A DNA stretch of 64,000 bases. Origin: an uncultured Desulfobacterales bacterium (GTDB lineage Bacteria > Desulfobacterota > Desulfobaccia > Desulfobaccales > 0-14-0-80-60-11). Both the position numbers and the translations under genes were made by a program. The notes under the pieces are model-generated. The model saw only the letters and a program-made list of their open reading frames with translations, ran no database searches and was not told the DNA's origin. This document shows, in pieces, positions 8,250 to 18,300 of the stretch (position 1 is the stretch's first letter; every line of letters starts with the position of its first letter). The stretch lies in contig CAZFWX010000001.1 of the NCBI GenBank assembly GCA_964522695.1, positions 1,517 to 65,516 of the forward strand, given 5' to 3'.

Positions 8250-8895
8250 TCAGTACCCCAAATTCTCGCCCACCAGATTGACGTGCAGGCGATCCTTGAT
8301 CATGTGGCCTTCGATAATGCTCCACACATATTGCAGATGCGCTGCGGCGAACGGCAGTCTGCGCACAGTCCGGTTTCGCCGCAGGGGTTGGCGAAGCCGA
8401 TGCGGATGGTGTTGACGGGCGCGGCGTAGTGCTTGATTCGGGCCATGGCGGTCTCCAGGTCCGGGGCGATCTTGTTCACCCCCACCACCAGAATCACCTG
8501 CCTGGGGCCGAACATCATGGCCGCCACCCGGTTGCCCATGCCGTCCAGGTTGACGATACTCCCGTCCAGGGTGATGGCGTTGGCGCTGGCGATCATGACG
8601 TCCGCCAGCAGGCCCCGGCGCCGCAATTCCAAACTCTCATCCGGCGAGAATCCCGGCCGGTAGGGGTCCATCACCTCCACGCCCGGCAGCGCCGAGATCT
8701 TCTCCCAGAGCCCCATTCCCGTGGTTGTCATGGAGCCGCAGCGGTACACCGTGGCCCCGGGGGAATCATGGCCATAATTTCTTCCGCGGCTTGGGCCGCA
8801 GTGGGAGCGTAGCTCCCCGCCAGCCGCCGCTTCTCCAACTGCTTGATAATGCCCTGGGCCGCCTTTTCATTCCATGCCGCCTGGTGCTGATCCAT
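8250..8895 (-). pseudogene. LUD-domain (DUF162, LutB/LutC/YkgG-like) gene disrupted by two single-base indels
   Basis: The family-like sequence is spread over three frames. N-terminal part: MDQHQAAWNEKAAQGIIKQLEKRR..AMIPPG. Middle part: (T)VYRCGSMTTTGMG...CADCRSPQRICNM. C-terminal part: SIIEGHMIKDRLHVNLVGENLGY*. Frame switches fall near 8750 (G-run) and near 8325. Confidence 0.7.
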
Positions 8896-8972
8896 GTCGC
8901 CCTTCCTGAATGATTGCTTCTGGCTGGAGGGCCGGGGGAACCAATTCCCCCGCTTCCCCCCAGACCCCCCAC

Positions 8973-9095
8973 CCAACCCCCTTTACTGGGGCCGGGGAAG
9001 GTGGGACTGCGTCCCGACTTCCCCGGCCAAAAAAGCGTTAAGGGGTTGGGGGAGGGGGAAGGGGGCTCGCCCCCTGGCCCCCTCCCCCAAAATAC
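8973..9095. repeat. Nested palindromic intergenic element (family A: CCAACCCCCTTTA ... TTAAGGGGTTGGGGGAGGG ... GGGGGCTCGCCCCCTGGCCCCCTCCC)
   Basis: Outer arms at 8973-8985 and 9038-9049. Inner perfect 10-bp stem GCCGGGGAAG/CTTCCCCGGC (8991-9027) encloses GGGAC-tgc-GTCCC. A near-identical arm set is at 34847-35010. Confidence 0.6.
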
Positions 9096-9104
9096 ATCGC
9101 CCTT

Positions 9105-12100
9105 CTACATATTCCGCCGGTACTTGCCGCCCACTTCAAAGAGAACCCGGGTGATCTGGCCCAGGCTGGCCACCCGCACGGTTTCCATGAGTTCCGAAAA
9201 GACGTTGCCGCCGGCGCGGGCCACTTCCTTGAGCGAGGCCAAGGCCCCTGCGGCCTCTTGGGCATGCCTTTGCTTAAACCGTTCCAGGCTTTCCACCTGC
9301 TGGCGTTTCTCCTCCGGGGTGGCCCGGGTGAGCTGGATCTGGTCGCAGGCGGTTGAGGAAGCCTCGGCGTCCACATAGGCATTCACCCCGACGATGGGCA
9401 ACTCCCCCGTATGTTTCTTCAGTTCGTAGTGCAGAGATTCTTCCTGAATTTTGCTGCGCTGGTAATGGCTTTCCATGGCCCCCAGCACCCCGCCCCGGCG
9501 GCTCAGCCGGTCGAATTCCTTGAGCACTTCTTCTTCCACCAGATCGGTGAGTTGTTCAATGAAAAAGCTCCCCTGGAGAGGATTCTGATTTTTGAACAGG
9601 CCGTATTCCTTGCCGATAATCAACTGGATGGCCATGGCCCGGCGCACTGACTCCTCGGTGGGGGTGGTGACCGCCTCGTCATAGGAATTGGTGTGTAGGG
9701 AATTGCAGTTGTCATTCAAGGCCATCAAGGCCTGCAGGGTGGTGCGGATATCGTTGAACTGCATCTCCTGGGCGTGGAGCGACCGGCCCGAGGTCTGCAT
9801 GTGGCACTTGAGCTTCTGGCTGGCTTCGCTGCCGCCGTAGCGGTATTTCAGGGCCAGGGCCCAGATGCGGCGGGCCACCCGGATGATGACGTTGTATTCC
9901 GGGTCCATGCCGCTGGAAAAGAAAAACGACAGGTTGGGGGCGAAAGAGTCCAGGGGCATGCCCCGGCTGAGATAGTATTCCACGTAAGTAAAGGCGTTGG
10001 CCAGGGTGAAGGCCAGCTGGGTGATGGGGTTGGCCCCGGCTTCGGCGATGTGGTAGCCGCTGATGCTCACCGAATAGAAGCCCCGGACGTTATTTTCAAT
10101 GAAGTATTCCTGGATGTCGCCCATCATTTTCAGGGCGAAGCCGGTGGAGAAGATGCAGGAATTCTGGCCCTGGTCTTCCTTAAGGATGTCGGCCTGCACC
10201 GTGCCGCGGATCCGGCTGAGCACGGTTTTCTTGATCTGGTCCCGTTCCCCGGCCCCGGGATCCCGGCCGTTCTCGGCCCGGAATCTGTCCGCCTGCTGCT
10301 CGATGGCCGTATTGAAAAAGAAGGCCAGCATGATGGGGGCCGGGCCGTTGATGGTCAGGGAAACGCTGGTGTTGGGGGCGATGAGATCAAAACCCGCGAA
10401 GAGCCGTTGCATGTCGTCCAGAGTGCAGACGCTGACCCCGCTTTCGCCGATCTTGCCGAAGATATCGGGTTCAAGGGACGGGTCTTCGCCGTACAGGGTA
10501 GGCGAGTCAAACGCGGTGCTCAGCCTGATGGCGGGGTCGCCCTGGGTGAGGTAATGGAACCGGGCGTTGGTGCGGGCGGGGGTGCCTTCCCCGGCAAACT
10601 GCCGCTTCGGATCCTCCCCTTCCCGGCGGAAGGGAAAGACCCCGGCGGTATAAGGGAAATAACCGGGCAGGTGCTCAGCGCGCAGCCATCTGAGCGTGTC
10701 ACCCAGACCCTCGAAACGGGGGAGCGCAATCTTGGGAATCTTCAGGCCCGCCAGGGACTCGCTGGCCAGCGGGGTGGACGTCACCCGCCCCTTGATGGTC
10801 AGGGGAAATTCCGGGCCGGCATAGAGCGGCTTGATTTCTTCCCACTGGGCCAGCAGGGCCTTCACCTCAGGTTTGAGCCTGCCGGCAATTTCCGCCTCCT
10901 GGTCCGTCAGTTCCAGCCCGAATTCCCGGCGGACGGTTTTTAAAGCCTCAAGTTTGCGGCAGTCTGCGGCAGCCTGGGCGGTCTGGGCATGATAGCGGCG
11001 CACTGTCCTGGCGATGTCGCTGAGATAATTGCTCCGCTCCGCGGGCACAATGACAGGCGAAGCCGGTGCCCCCAGGGCCGGCGGGGCGGCAGCCGGGGCC
11101 TCCCAGTCCGCCAGACCCCGGCTTCTCAACGTGGAGATCACCTGGCGGAAAAAGGCGTCCAGACCGGGGTCCTGAAAATTGCTGGCCACCGTCCCCATGA
11201 TGGGGAGTTCCTCGGCGGCCCGGTCAAATAACTGGTGATTGCGCTGATACTGTTTACGTACGTCCCTGAGGGCGTCCGCGGCATTTTTATAGTCAAATTT
11301 ATTGATGACCACGATGTCGGCGTAATCGAGCATGTCGATTTTTTCCAGCTGCGAGGGTGCGCCGTACTCGGGGGTCATGACGTACACCGACAGGTCGGCG
11401 TAGCGGGTGATGGAGACGTCGCCCTGGCCGATGCCGGGGGTTTCAACGATGATGAGGTCAAAACCCGCGGCCTGGAGCACCGCCAGGGCGTCGGTGAGGG
11501 CGCGGGAGAGTTCGCCGTCCGAGCCCCGGGTGGCCAGGGAGCGCATGAAAACCCGGTGGGGAATGAGGGAATTGAGGCGGATGCGGTCGCCCAAAAGCGC
11601 CCCTCCGGTCTTCTTGCGGGTGGGATCGATGGCCAGGATGGCCAGGTGTTTGTCGGGATAGCGGTTCAGCCAGCGCCGGATGAATTCGTCTTCGAGAGAG
11701 CTTTTCCCGGAGCCGCCGGTGCCGGTGAAGCCCAGGACCGGGGCCCGCGACGCCGGCGCAGGCAATTCCTGCCTGAGGGAGGAAAAGGGGGCCGGCTCTT
11801 CGGTCTGGCGTTCGGCCAGGGTGATGAGCTGCGTCAGGGTCAGGCTGTCGCGCCGGGCCAGCCGGGTCTGCCAGTCCGGGGGCAACGGCGGATAGGCGAC
11901 GGTGGCGGCCCGGTGCACCATATCCGTGATGATCCCCTTGAGTCCGGCTTTCTGGCCGTCTGCCGGGGAATAGATGCGGGTGATGCCATAGGCTTCCAGT
12001 GCGGCGATTTCTGCGGGGATGATCACCCCGCCGCCGCCGCCGAACAGCTTGATGAAGCCCACGCCCTGGCCGTCCAGGAGGTCCTTCAGATATTTGAAGA

Positions 12101-12311
12101 ATTCCACGTGGCCGCCCTGGTAGGAGCTGACGGCGATGGCCTGTACGCCTTCCTGGATAGCCGCGGCGGCGATTTCCTGGGCCGAGCGGTGATGGCCTAA
12201 GTGGATGACTTCCACACCGGCGTGCTGGAGCAGGCGGCGGAAGATATTGATGGAGGCGTCGTGGCCGTCAAACAAGGAGGTGGCGGTGACAAATCGTAGT
12301 GGTCCGGGCAT
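9105..12311 (-). CDS. icmF: Fused isobutyryl-CoA mutase (B12-binding domain + MeaB-like G-protein + mutase catalytic domain)
   Basis: N-terminal B12-binding region (TSLFDGHDASINI..), P-loop GTGGSGKSS of the MeaB-type GTPase, and a C-terminal methylmalonyl-CoA-mutase-like barrel. Start placed at MPGPLRF; the ORF track extends to a TTG at 12455. Confidence 0.9.
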   Translation of the reverse strand: MPGPLRFVTATSLFDGHDASINIFRRLLQHAGVEVIHLGHHRSAQEIAAAAIQEGVQAIAVSSYQGGHVEFFKYLKDLLDGQGVGFIKLFGGGGGVIIPAEIAALEAYGITRIYSPADGQKAGLKGIITDMVHRAATVAYPPLPPDWQTRLARRDSLTLTQLITLAERQTEEPAPFSSLRQELPAPASRAPVLGFTGTGGSGKSSLEDEFIRRWLNRYPDKHLAILAIDPTRKKTGGALLGDRIRLNSLIPHRVFMRSLATRGSDGELSRALTDALAVLQAAGFDLIIVETPGIGQGDVSITRYADLSVYVMTPEYGAPSQLEKIDMLDYADIVVINKFDYKNAADALRDVRKQYQRNHQLFDRAAEELPIMGTVASNFQDPGLDAFFRQVISTLRSRGLADWEAPAAAPPALGAPASPVIVPAERSNYLSDIARTVRRYHAQTAQAAADCRKLEALKTVRREFGLELTDQEAEIAGRLKPEVKALLAQWEEIKPLYAGPEFPLTIKGRVTSTPLASESLAGLKIPKIALPRFEGLGDTLRWLRAEHLPGYFPYTAGVFPFRREGEDPKRQFAGEGTPARTNARFHYLTQGDPAIRLSTAFDSPTLYGEDPSLEPDIFGKIGESGVSVCTLDDMQRLFAGFDLIAPNTSVSLTINGPAPIMLAFFFNTAIEQQADRFRAENGRDPGAGERDQIKKTVLSRIRGTVQADILKEDQGQNSCIFSTGFALKMMGDIQEYFIENNVRGFYSVSISGYHIAEAGANPITQLAFTLANAFTYVEYYLSRGMPLDSFAPNLSFFFSSGMDPEYNVIIRVARRIWALALKYRYGGSEASQKLKCHMQTSGRSLHAQEMQFNDIRTTLQALMALNDNCNSLHTNSYDEAVTTPTEESVRRAMAIQLIIGKEYGLFKNQNPLQGSFFIEQLTDLVEEEVLKEFDRLSRRGGVLGAMESHYQRSKIQEESLHYELKKHTGELPIVGVNAYVDAEASSTACDQIQLTRATPEEKRQQVESLERFKQRHAQEAAGALASLKEVARAGGNVFSELMETVRVASLGQITRVLFEVGGKYRRNM

Positions 12312-12607
12312 GTTTCTGTGGATATGACTCGTGAAGGGGATTGGACTCCGGTCAACCTGCGGGGGATTGATCCTGCCTATTTTACCATTAAAACCCCGCC
12401 CGGCAAAGGATATGGGGGGCGGACCGGGCGCGCCCGGCCATATAGCGATTGCCAAATGTTTTTTCCCATGGCGGCGTCCTTCTCATCCCCCCACCCCCTG
12501 TAGAAAGTAGAGAACTACAAGGAATAACTACGAAAGTCTGCCCATGGAAAGGATTTTACGGCAAACGCTATGGGTGGCACAGCTTCTTGTTCCGGGTCCC
12601 AACGGCA

Positions 12608-12644
12608 AATTCCCTGGCGCATCTTTAAGATTCGCCAGGGAATT
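12608..12644 (-). terminator. 12-bp perfect hairpin (AATTCCCTGGCG..CGCCAGGGAATT) downstream of the 12730-13215 gene; weak U-tract
   Basis: Inverted repeat read directly from the sequence. Confidence 0.35.
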
Positions 12645-12729
12645 GGGGCAGCCGGTCCAGGGACCACGGGCAATGGAGCCTTCCGTTGTCCCGCCGGTGA
12701 CAGTATGAAAATGTGTTGATGGGTTAGGT

Positions 12730-13215
12730 TCAGTTCCGCTTGGGCCGGGCCGGGTCCCCGTGCGGCGATTGAATGAAAGGTTCGGGGCGCTCGCACGCGT
12801 CCGCGCTCTGACACCACTCGGGCAGGGGTTCCCCCGTTCCGGCCAGGGCCCGGTCAAACTGGGAAACCACTTCCCAGCCGCGCTCCTTCCAGGCGTTGAG
12901 AGGGGGCGGATAATGCCCGCCAAAGCGGAATTTCTTGGGTTGCCGGGTGTCATAGACGAGCACGTCCACTTCCACGTCGCCCTTCTTCACCCGGTAGCCC
13001 CACTCATAGTTGTCCGTGGTATTGGGCGTCGTGCTCTTGGCAAAAAAAGCGACGGTATGATTTTCCTTTTTCACCACGGAGTAGGTCAGGCAACAGTCGC
13101 CCACGCCTGCTCCTCCCGGACCGGTTAACCCGCCGCAACCGCAGTTGGCCCTGAGCAGACTCAGTCCGTCCACCTGGAAACCCTGGGGCACCTTCTTGAT
13201 CAATTCTTCAGTCAT
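12730..13215 (-). CDS. Cys-rich hypothetical protein (161 aa; NCGCGG..GDCC motif)
   Basis: Start placed at MTEELIKK. Coding-like composition. No family recognised. Confidence 0.6.
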   Translation of the reverse strand: MTEELIKKVPQGFQVDGLSLLRANCGCGGLTGPGGAGVGDCCLTYSVVKKENHTVAFFAKSTTPNTTDNYEWGYRVKKGDVEVDVLVYDTRQPKKFRFGGHYPPPLNAWKERGWEVVSQFDRALAGTGEPLPEWCQSADACERPEPFIQSPHGDPARPKRN

Positions 13216-13361
13216 GGCGAAGCTCCTTAACTCCCCTTCCAAAAGACTTGGACCGAATTTTGGTCGTTAACATGTATATCGAGGGGCGCATTCTCCTCGG
13301 CCAGGAAAATTCCCTGCCAAAACGGCCAAACGTCCTGCCGCAATGAGCAGGAGCCTCTCGG

Positions 13362-14450
13362 TTAAGCCAGGGGCAAGGTAATGACGAAGTTGGCGCCCCG
13401 GGGATCCGGTTCACAGGAAATATCCCCTCCCTGGCTGCGCATGGCCTCACGGCCCAGGAAGAGGCCCAAACCCATGCCCTGGCTGTCGTCCTGTCCCGGA
13501 CTCCCTCCGCCGAAGACCTCTTGACAGCCGTCCCGGGACAGGGGAACGCCGCTGTTGTGAACCAACAGCCGGAAATAGGCGGGGTCCGCAGCCCGGTCGA
13601 TGGAGATACTGCAACCGGAACCCCCGTATTTCACGGCGTTGCTGACGATGTTGCGAAAGATGCTCTTCAGGGTGGCCTGCTGGCCTCGCACGGTCCTTTT
13701 ATCCGGGGGTAAAAGGCAGATGCGGTTGTCCAGGGTGATGCCCTGGCGCGCAATATCATCCTGCATTTCCGCCAGGACCGGCTCCACCACCTCCCGCCCC
13801 AGGTCCACCCACAGCCGCGCCTCGCCCTGCTGGCCTTCTTTCCGGAATTTCAGCAGGAATTCTTCGGCCACCCCGCCTAAGGTATGGACTTTGCTGACCG
13901 TTTCCTGGAAGATGGCCTCCACCTCCGGGTCCCATTTGCCTTCCTGGCGGCGCTGCAACAGCCTTATCCCGGCCTGGATGGAGGTGACCAGGGACCGGAT
14001 GTCATGAAACATGAGGCCCAGGTTGTTGAGCAAGCGGCGGCTGGCCGGGTGCAGGAGGTTGTTGTCGCCGGCAGGCGCCATGGCTCCTTCCTCCCTCTGC
14101 AGGTGGGAGAGCAGGCGGCGCCACAGCTCCGCGGCCCGGCAGGGTTCGATGATGTATTCATCCACCTCGATTTCAAAGAATGTCGCGGGCAGGCGTTGGT
14201 CCTCGCTGACAATCACCAGCCTGGTCCGGGGGTCCAGTTCCTTTACCAGGGGCGCCAGGGCCAGCCGGCCGGGAGATGCGCCGTTGAGTTTCAGCACGGC
14301 CAGGTCGATATTTTTGGTGCTGAGGACGGCCAGGCCGTCTTCGGAAGAATCGGTGAGGTGCACCTGATAGCCCTTGCCTTCCAAAAGCAATCCCATCATT
14401 TTCAGGATCAAGGATCCGTCATTAACGATCAAGATTTCTTCCTGGATCAT
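13362..14450 (-). CDS. Hybrid receiver-domain histidine kinase (REC-like + HisKA + HATPase_c)
   Basis: N-terminal CheY-like fold; the expected phospho-acceptor position reads DLAVLKLNG (Lys where Asp is expected). H-box FHDIRSLVTSI. ATPase motifs NAVKYGG and GMGLGL. Confidence 0.8.
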   Translation of the reverse strand: MIQEEILIVNDGSLILKMMGLLLEGKGYQVHLTDSSEDGLAVLSTKNIDLAVLKLNGASPGRLALAPLVKELDPRTRLVIVSEDQRLPATFFEIEVDEYIIEPCRAAELWRRLLSHLQREEGAMAPAGDNNLLHPASRRLLNNLGLMFHDIRSLVTSIQAGIRLLQRRQEGKWDPEVEAIFQETVSKVHTLGGVAEEFLLKFRKEGQQGEARLWVDLGREVVEPVLAEMQDDIARQGITLDNRICLLPPDKRTVRGQQATLKSIFRNIVSNAVKYGGSGCSISIDRAADPAYFRLLVHNSGVPLSRDGCQEVFGGGSPGQDDSQGMGLGLFLGREAMRSQGGDISCEPDPRGANFVITLPLA

Positions 14451-14757
14451 GGTTCACCTCCCATTCTTCTTGTGAAAAGGCCGGCTGACAGTGGCGTTGT
14501 CCCGACCAAATATCTGTAATTGCGGCGATAAGGCTGAGGAGAACGACGAGAATGGCCAGGAACAGGACCTCGCCTGACCCCACTCGCGGCGGCAGTTTTC
14601 TTCCCCCGGGAGGAGAGCCTGTCCGGAACCGCCGGAGCATCACCGGGCTTACTCGGCCTGCAATGAGTCAGCTACATTGTTGAATAAATCAGACAAGAGG
14701 TCTATGCGTAGGGGTGACTATTTCGGGATAGTCACTTATGACCAATCGGCGGCAAAC

Positions 14758-15399
14758 TCATGTGGGATTTTCGGAGGTATAGCCCTGCTCCAGGGCGTAG
14801 CGCACCAGATCGGCGCGGCTTTTCAGGTCCAGCTTCTCCATGATGTTGGCCCGGTGGCGTCGCACGGTATGAATGCTGATAAATAACAGTTTGGCGATCT
14901 CCTGCGCGGTTTTACCTTCGGCCAGAAGCTTCGCCACTTCCTTTTCCCGCACGCTTAAAGGATCGCTGGGGCTGAAGCCCAGGGCCAGATCCGCCAACTG
15001 GGCGGACAAGAGCGGCGAGAAAAACCTCTCGCCGTTTCTGATGGCGGCGATGGCCTGCATCAGTTCCGTATCCGCGTCTTCTTTCAGCAGGAAACCATCC
15101 ACCCGGGCGGCAATGGCCTGTTGCACGAATTCCAGGCCTTTGTGCATGGTGAGCTGCAAAATTTTCACCTGGGGATACAGCCGTTTGATTTCCCGGGCCG
15201 CTTCCAGGCCTCGCAGGTTGGGCATGGAAATGTCCAGGATCACCAGGTGGGGTCTGCTTCTTTTCAAGAGTTCCAGGAGTTCCAGACCGTCGCCCGCTTC
15301 ACCCACGACTTTGAGGTCGGGGGATTCCTCGATGATCTTCCTGACACCCTGCCGGAAGAGCAGGTGATCGTCGGCCAGTATGATATTATAGGGATTCAC
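14758..15399 (-). CDS. NarL/LuxR-family response regulator (REC + LuxR HTH)
   Basis: ILADDH..LVILDISMP receiver motifs. LuxR HTH SVREKEVAKLLAEGKTAQEIAKLLFISIHTVRRHRANIMEKL. Overlaps the upstream kinase gene by 4 nt. Confidence 0.9.
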   Translation of the reverse strand: MNPYNIILADDHLLFRQGVRKIIEESPDLKVVGEAGDGLELLELLKRSRPHLVILDISMPNLRGLEAAREIKRLYPQVKILQLTMHKGLEFVQQAIAARVDGFLLKEDADTELMQAIAAIRNGERFFSPLLSAQLADLALGFSPSDPLSVREKEVAKLLAEGKTAQEIAKLLFISIHTVRRHRANIMEKLDLKSRADLVRYALEQGYTSENPT

Positions 15400-18300
15400 G
15401 GTCTTTCTCCTTCGGGCGCCGCGGGGATGGTGAAACTGAGCTGCGTGCCTTCCCCTCTGATGCTGTGAATGGCCAGAGTTCCCCCCACCATCTGCAGCCG
15501 CTCATCCATTGCCACCAGCCCCAGCCCCCGGGTGGAGCCCCCCTCCCCCAGCACTTCGGCCACGTTAAAGCCGCAGCCGTCGTCGACAATGGTGAAATGC
15601 ACCTGTCCGTCCTCCGGACGGGCGGCAATCATCACGTGGGAAGGCTGGGCGTGCTTGCCGATATTGGTCAGGGCCTCCTGGAAGATCCGGTAAATAATGG
15701 TTTGCTCCGGGACGGAGAAAAGCCGGTCCAGGTCCGGCAGATCCACCGCCCAGGTCACCTGACTGTGATACACGGCGAAGTCGTCGATCATGGATTTGAG
15801 GGCCCGGGTCAGTCCCAAATCCTCCAGATCACCAGGGCTCAAATCCCGATACAGACGCCTGATCTCTTCGATGATGCCGTTGATGTACGTCAGGTTCTCC
15901 TGCAATTCCTTTTTCAATTCCTTCTGTTTCGGCAGCAGGGCCTTCTCCACGGAACTCAGGGAAAGTCTCAGGATTAACAGGGCGTGCCCCAACTCGTCGT
16001 GCAGTTCCGCAGCCAGGCGTTTGCGTTCGTTTTCCTGGGCCGAAAGCAATTGATCGGCCAGGAAGCGCAGCCGCCGCTCCGATTCCTTGAGTCTCTTCTC
16101 AGTCCGGTGGTGCAGCAGACCTTCCACAACGGCCACGGCCAGGGCTTCCACGGCTTCCTGATCCGCCTGGGTGTAGGCTGAGCCCTTGTTGGCCAGGCCA
16201 ATGATACCCTTGACCTTGCCGTCGAAGAGCATGGGCACTCCCAGGAAAGCGGTGATGGAGGGCTGGCCTGCCGGCCCGTCCGGGCTGTGAAGCAGCGCCG
16301 GCGGTTCGTTGATGACCAGGGACATCCCCCCCGGGATGGCGTCCTGGTATAAACGGCGCACCGAGACGGGCGGGGGGGGCGCGGGACTCTCAACCTGGGA
16401 AAGGCCGCAGCCGGCCCAGCCGGGGTCGCTGACGGCAAGAAAATCAAAGGTTCCCCCTTCCTTCACTTCATCAATGAAGCCAAAGGCAGACCCGGTGAGT
16501 TCCTGGGCCACGGCCAGGCAGGCCTGGCCCAAATCGTCTTCGGTCTGGCAGGTCAAGGCCTCCCGCAGAATCCGGTTCAGGCCCTGCAAGATGGCGCTCT
16601 GCCGCTGGATCCGGGCCTGCGCCTCCTTAAGGTCGCTGATATTCCGGGCGATACTGGAAAAGAACTGCACCCGGCCGGCGGCATCCCGATGGGCCAGGAT
16701 CAATTGGGAAACGGGCATCTCCCAGCCATCAGGCGCAAGGATGGCGGTTTCCCCCTTCCAGAAACCCTCCCGGGCCGCCATCGGGAATCCCTCCTTCAAT
16801 ACCAGGTCAGTCGCCCAGCGGGGATGGACCAGATTAATCTCCACCTGGGCCGGATCACTCCCTTCGGGCAACCCCAGAGCTTTTCTGAAGGCGCGGTTCA
16901 GATACTTCACCTGCCGGTCCGCGTCGGCAATCGCCACCAGGTCCGGAGTGGCCTCCAGGATCTCGATGAGCCGGTTCCGGTCCTCTTCGGCCTGCACCCG
17001 TTCGGTGACGTCATTTAAGGAAAACACCAGGAAATCCACCTCTCCGGCCTCATTGAGGATGGGGGAAAGGCTCCAGTCCCAGTACGTCACCCCCCATTCG
17101 GGGTGGTCAGGGAAGGTAAAGGGTTTGGCCAGGGCCACATGGGGTCGTTTGCTCTCCACCACCTTTCTGAAAATGACCTCGTTTTCCGTGTGGGGAAATA
17201 AATCAAAATGGTTGCGGCCGATGAACTCGGCGGCCGGCCGCCGGCAGGACCGGGCATAGGCCTCGTTCACCCGCAGAAAATTGAAATCCGGGTCAAGGAA
17301 GACCAGGGGGGTGATGTTGTGGGTGAAAAAGGCTTCCAGTTCCCGGGCCTGGTCCCGGATGATCTGCTCGGCCCGCTTGCGGTCGGTGATGTCAATGCCC
17401 ATCTCCAGCACCAGGGGCGAGCCGTCCACATCGGCAAAGGGATAATCGTAAATCTGGTAGGTGCGGCCGTCAGACCGGGTCAGCTCCCACTCCTTGGGTT
17501 GACCGGTGTGGAAGACCGAAAAGGTGGGGCAGTCGGGACAGGGATCCGTTCTCCCCCAAAAGATTGAATAACAGCTGCCTGTCTCCGGCTCCCCGAAGCG
17601 CTCCCGGAACACCCGGTTGGCAAAACGCACGCTATAATCCGGGGCCTGGAGATAGACGAAGGCCGGCAGGTTCTCCAACAGATGAAAGAACCGCTGGCGC
17701 TCCTCGGCCAGGGCCTGTTCGGCCCGTTTCCGGTCGCTGATATCGAACATGGTTGACCGGCTCATGAGATAATTGCCGGCGGCATCGGTGACCGCCGTGG
17801 CGCTGAGGACCACCGGCACAATGGCGCCGTCTTTGCGCACAATCTCGTATTCCAGATCGCGCACCCAGCCCCTTTCCTTGAAACCCGGAAAGTTGTCGAA
17901 GAAGATCTGGCGGCTGGCCGGGGTGAGGAGGTCGGGAAATTTTACCTTCCCCAGCACTTCCTCCCGGGAGTAGCCCAGCCACCTCAGTTCCGTATCGTTG
18001 ATCTGCACCATAATGCCGTCGGAGTCCAGGGAGTGATAGCCGCAGGGAGCGTTATTGTAAAGGTCCTGGATCTGCTCGGCATGTTGCGCCAGTTCCGCCT
18101 CGGCTCGCTTGCGGTCGGTAATGTCCACGCCCATTTCCAGCACCAGGGGGGAGCCGTCCACGTCGGTGAAGGGATAGTCGTGAATCTGGTACGCGTTGCC
18201 GTCGGGTCCAGACCATTCCCAGATTTCGGGGGTGCGGGTCGCAAAAACCTTCAAGGCCTTGCAGTCCTGGCAGGGCCCCTCCAAACCGAAGAAAAACTCA

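Noticed and set aside
7860-8250. Possible cobalamin riboswitch or another known structured RNA (RNase P, tmRNA, SRP) in the GC-rich part of the gap next to the B12-dependent icmF region
   Set aside because: I could not find the B12-box (GCCACTG / AGCCAGGAGACCTGCC-type) or the GGGAA-GGTG-CC core on either strand. No RNase P (GAGGAAAGTCC), tmRNA or SRP signatures are present, and no gene lies downstream in either orientation. This is left as an unassigned hairpin only, and an Infernal scan would settle it.
12312-12455. N-terminal 48-codon extension of the icmF ORF (TTG start at 12455)
   Set aside because: The extension (MAIAIWPGAPGPPPISFAGRG..) is low-complexity. The B12-binding domain begins right after the internal Met (MPGPLRFVTATSLFDGHD), so the ATG at 12311 was chosen.
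12575-12592. TGGCACAGCTTCTTGT as a sigma-54 promoter
   Set aside because: The -12 element is out of register (TTGT, shifted by one) and there is no plus-strand gene downstream.
12312-12607. Cobalamin riboswitch in the icmF 5' leader
   Set aside because: The minus-strand leader has palindromes (for example CCGGGCGCGCCCGG) but none of the conserved B12-riboswitch motifs that I can recall.
14422-14643. 73-codon ORF with one hydrophobic segment overlapping the start of the 13362-14450 kinase
   Set aside because: It overlaps the kinase start by 29 nt and has no RBS or homolog that I recognise. It might be a small membrane protein, but the support is insufficient.
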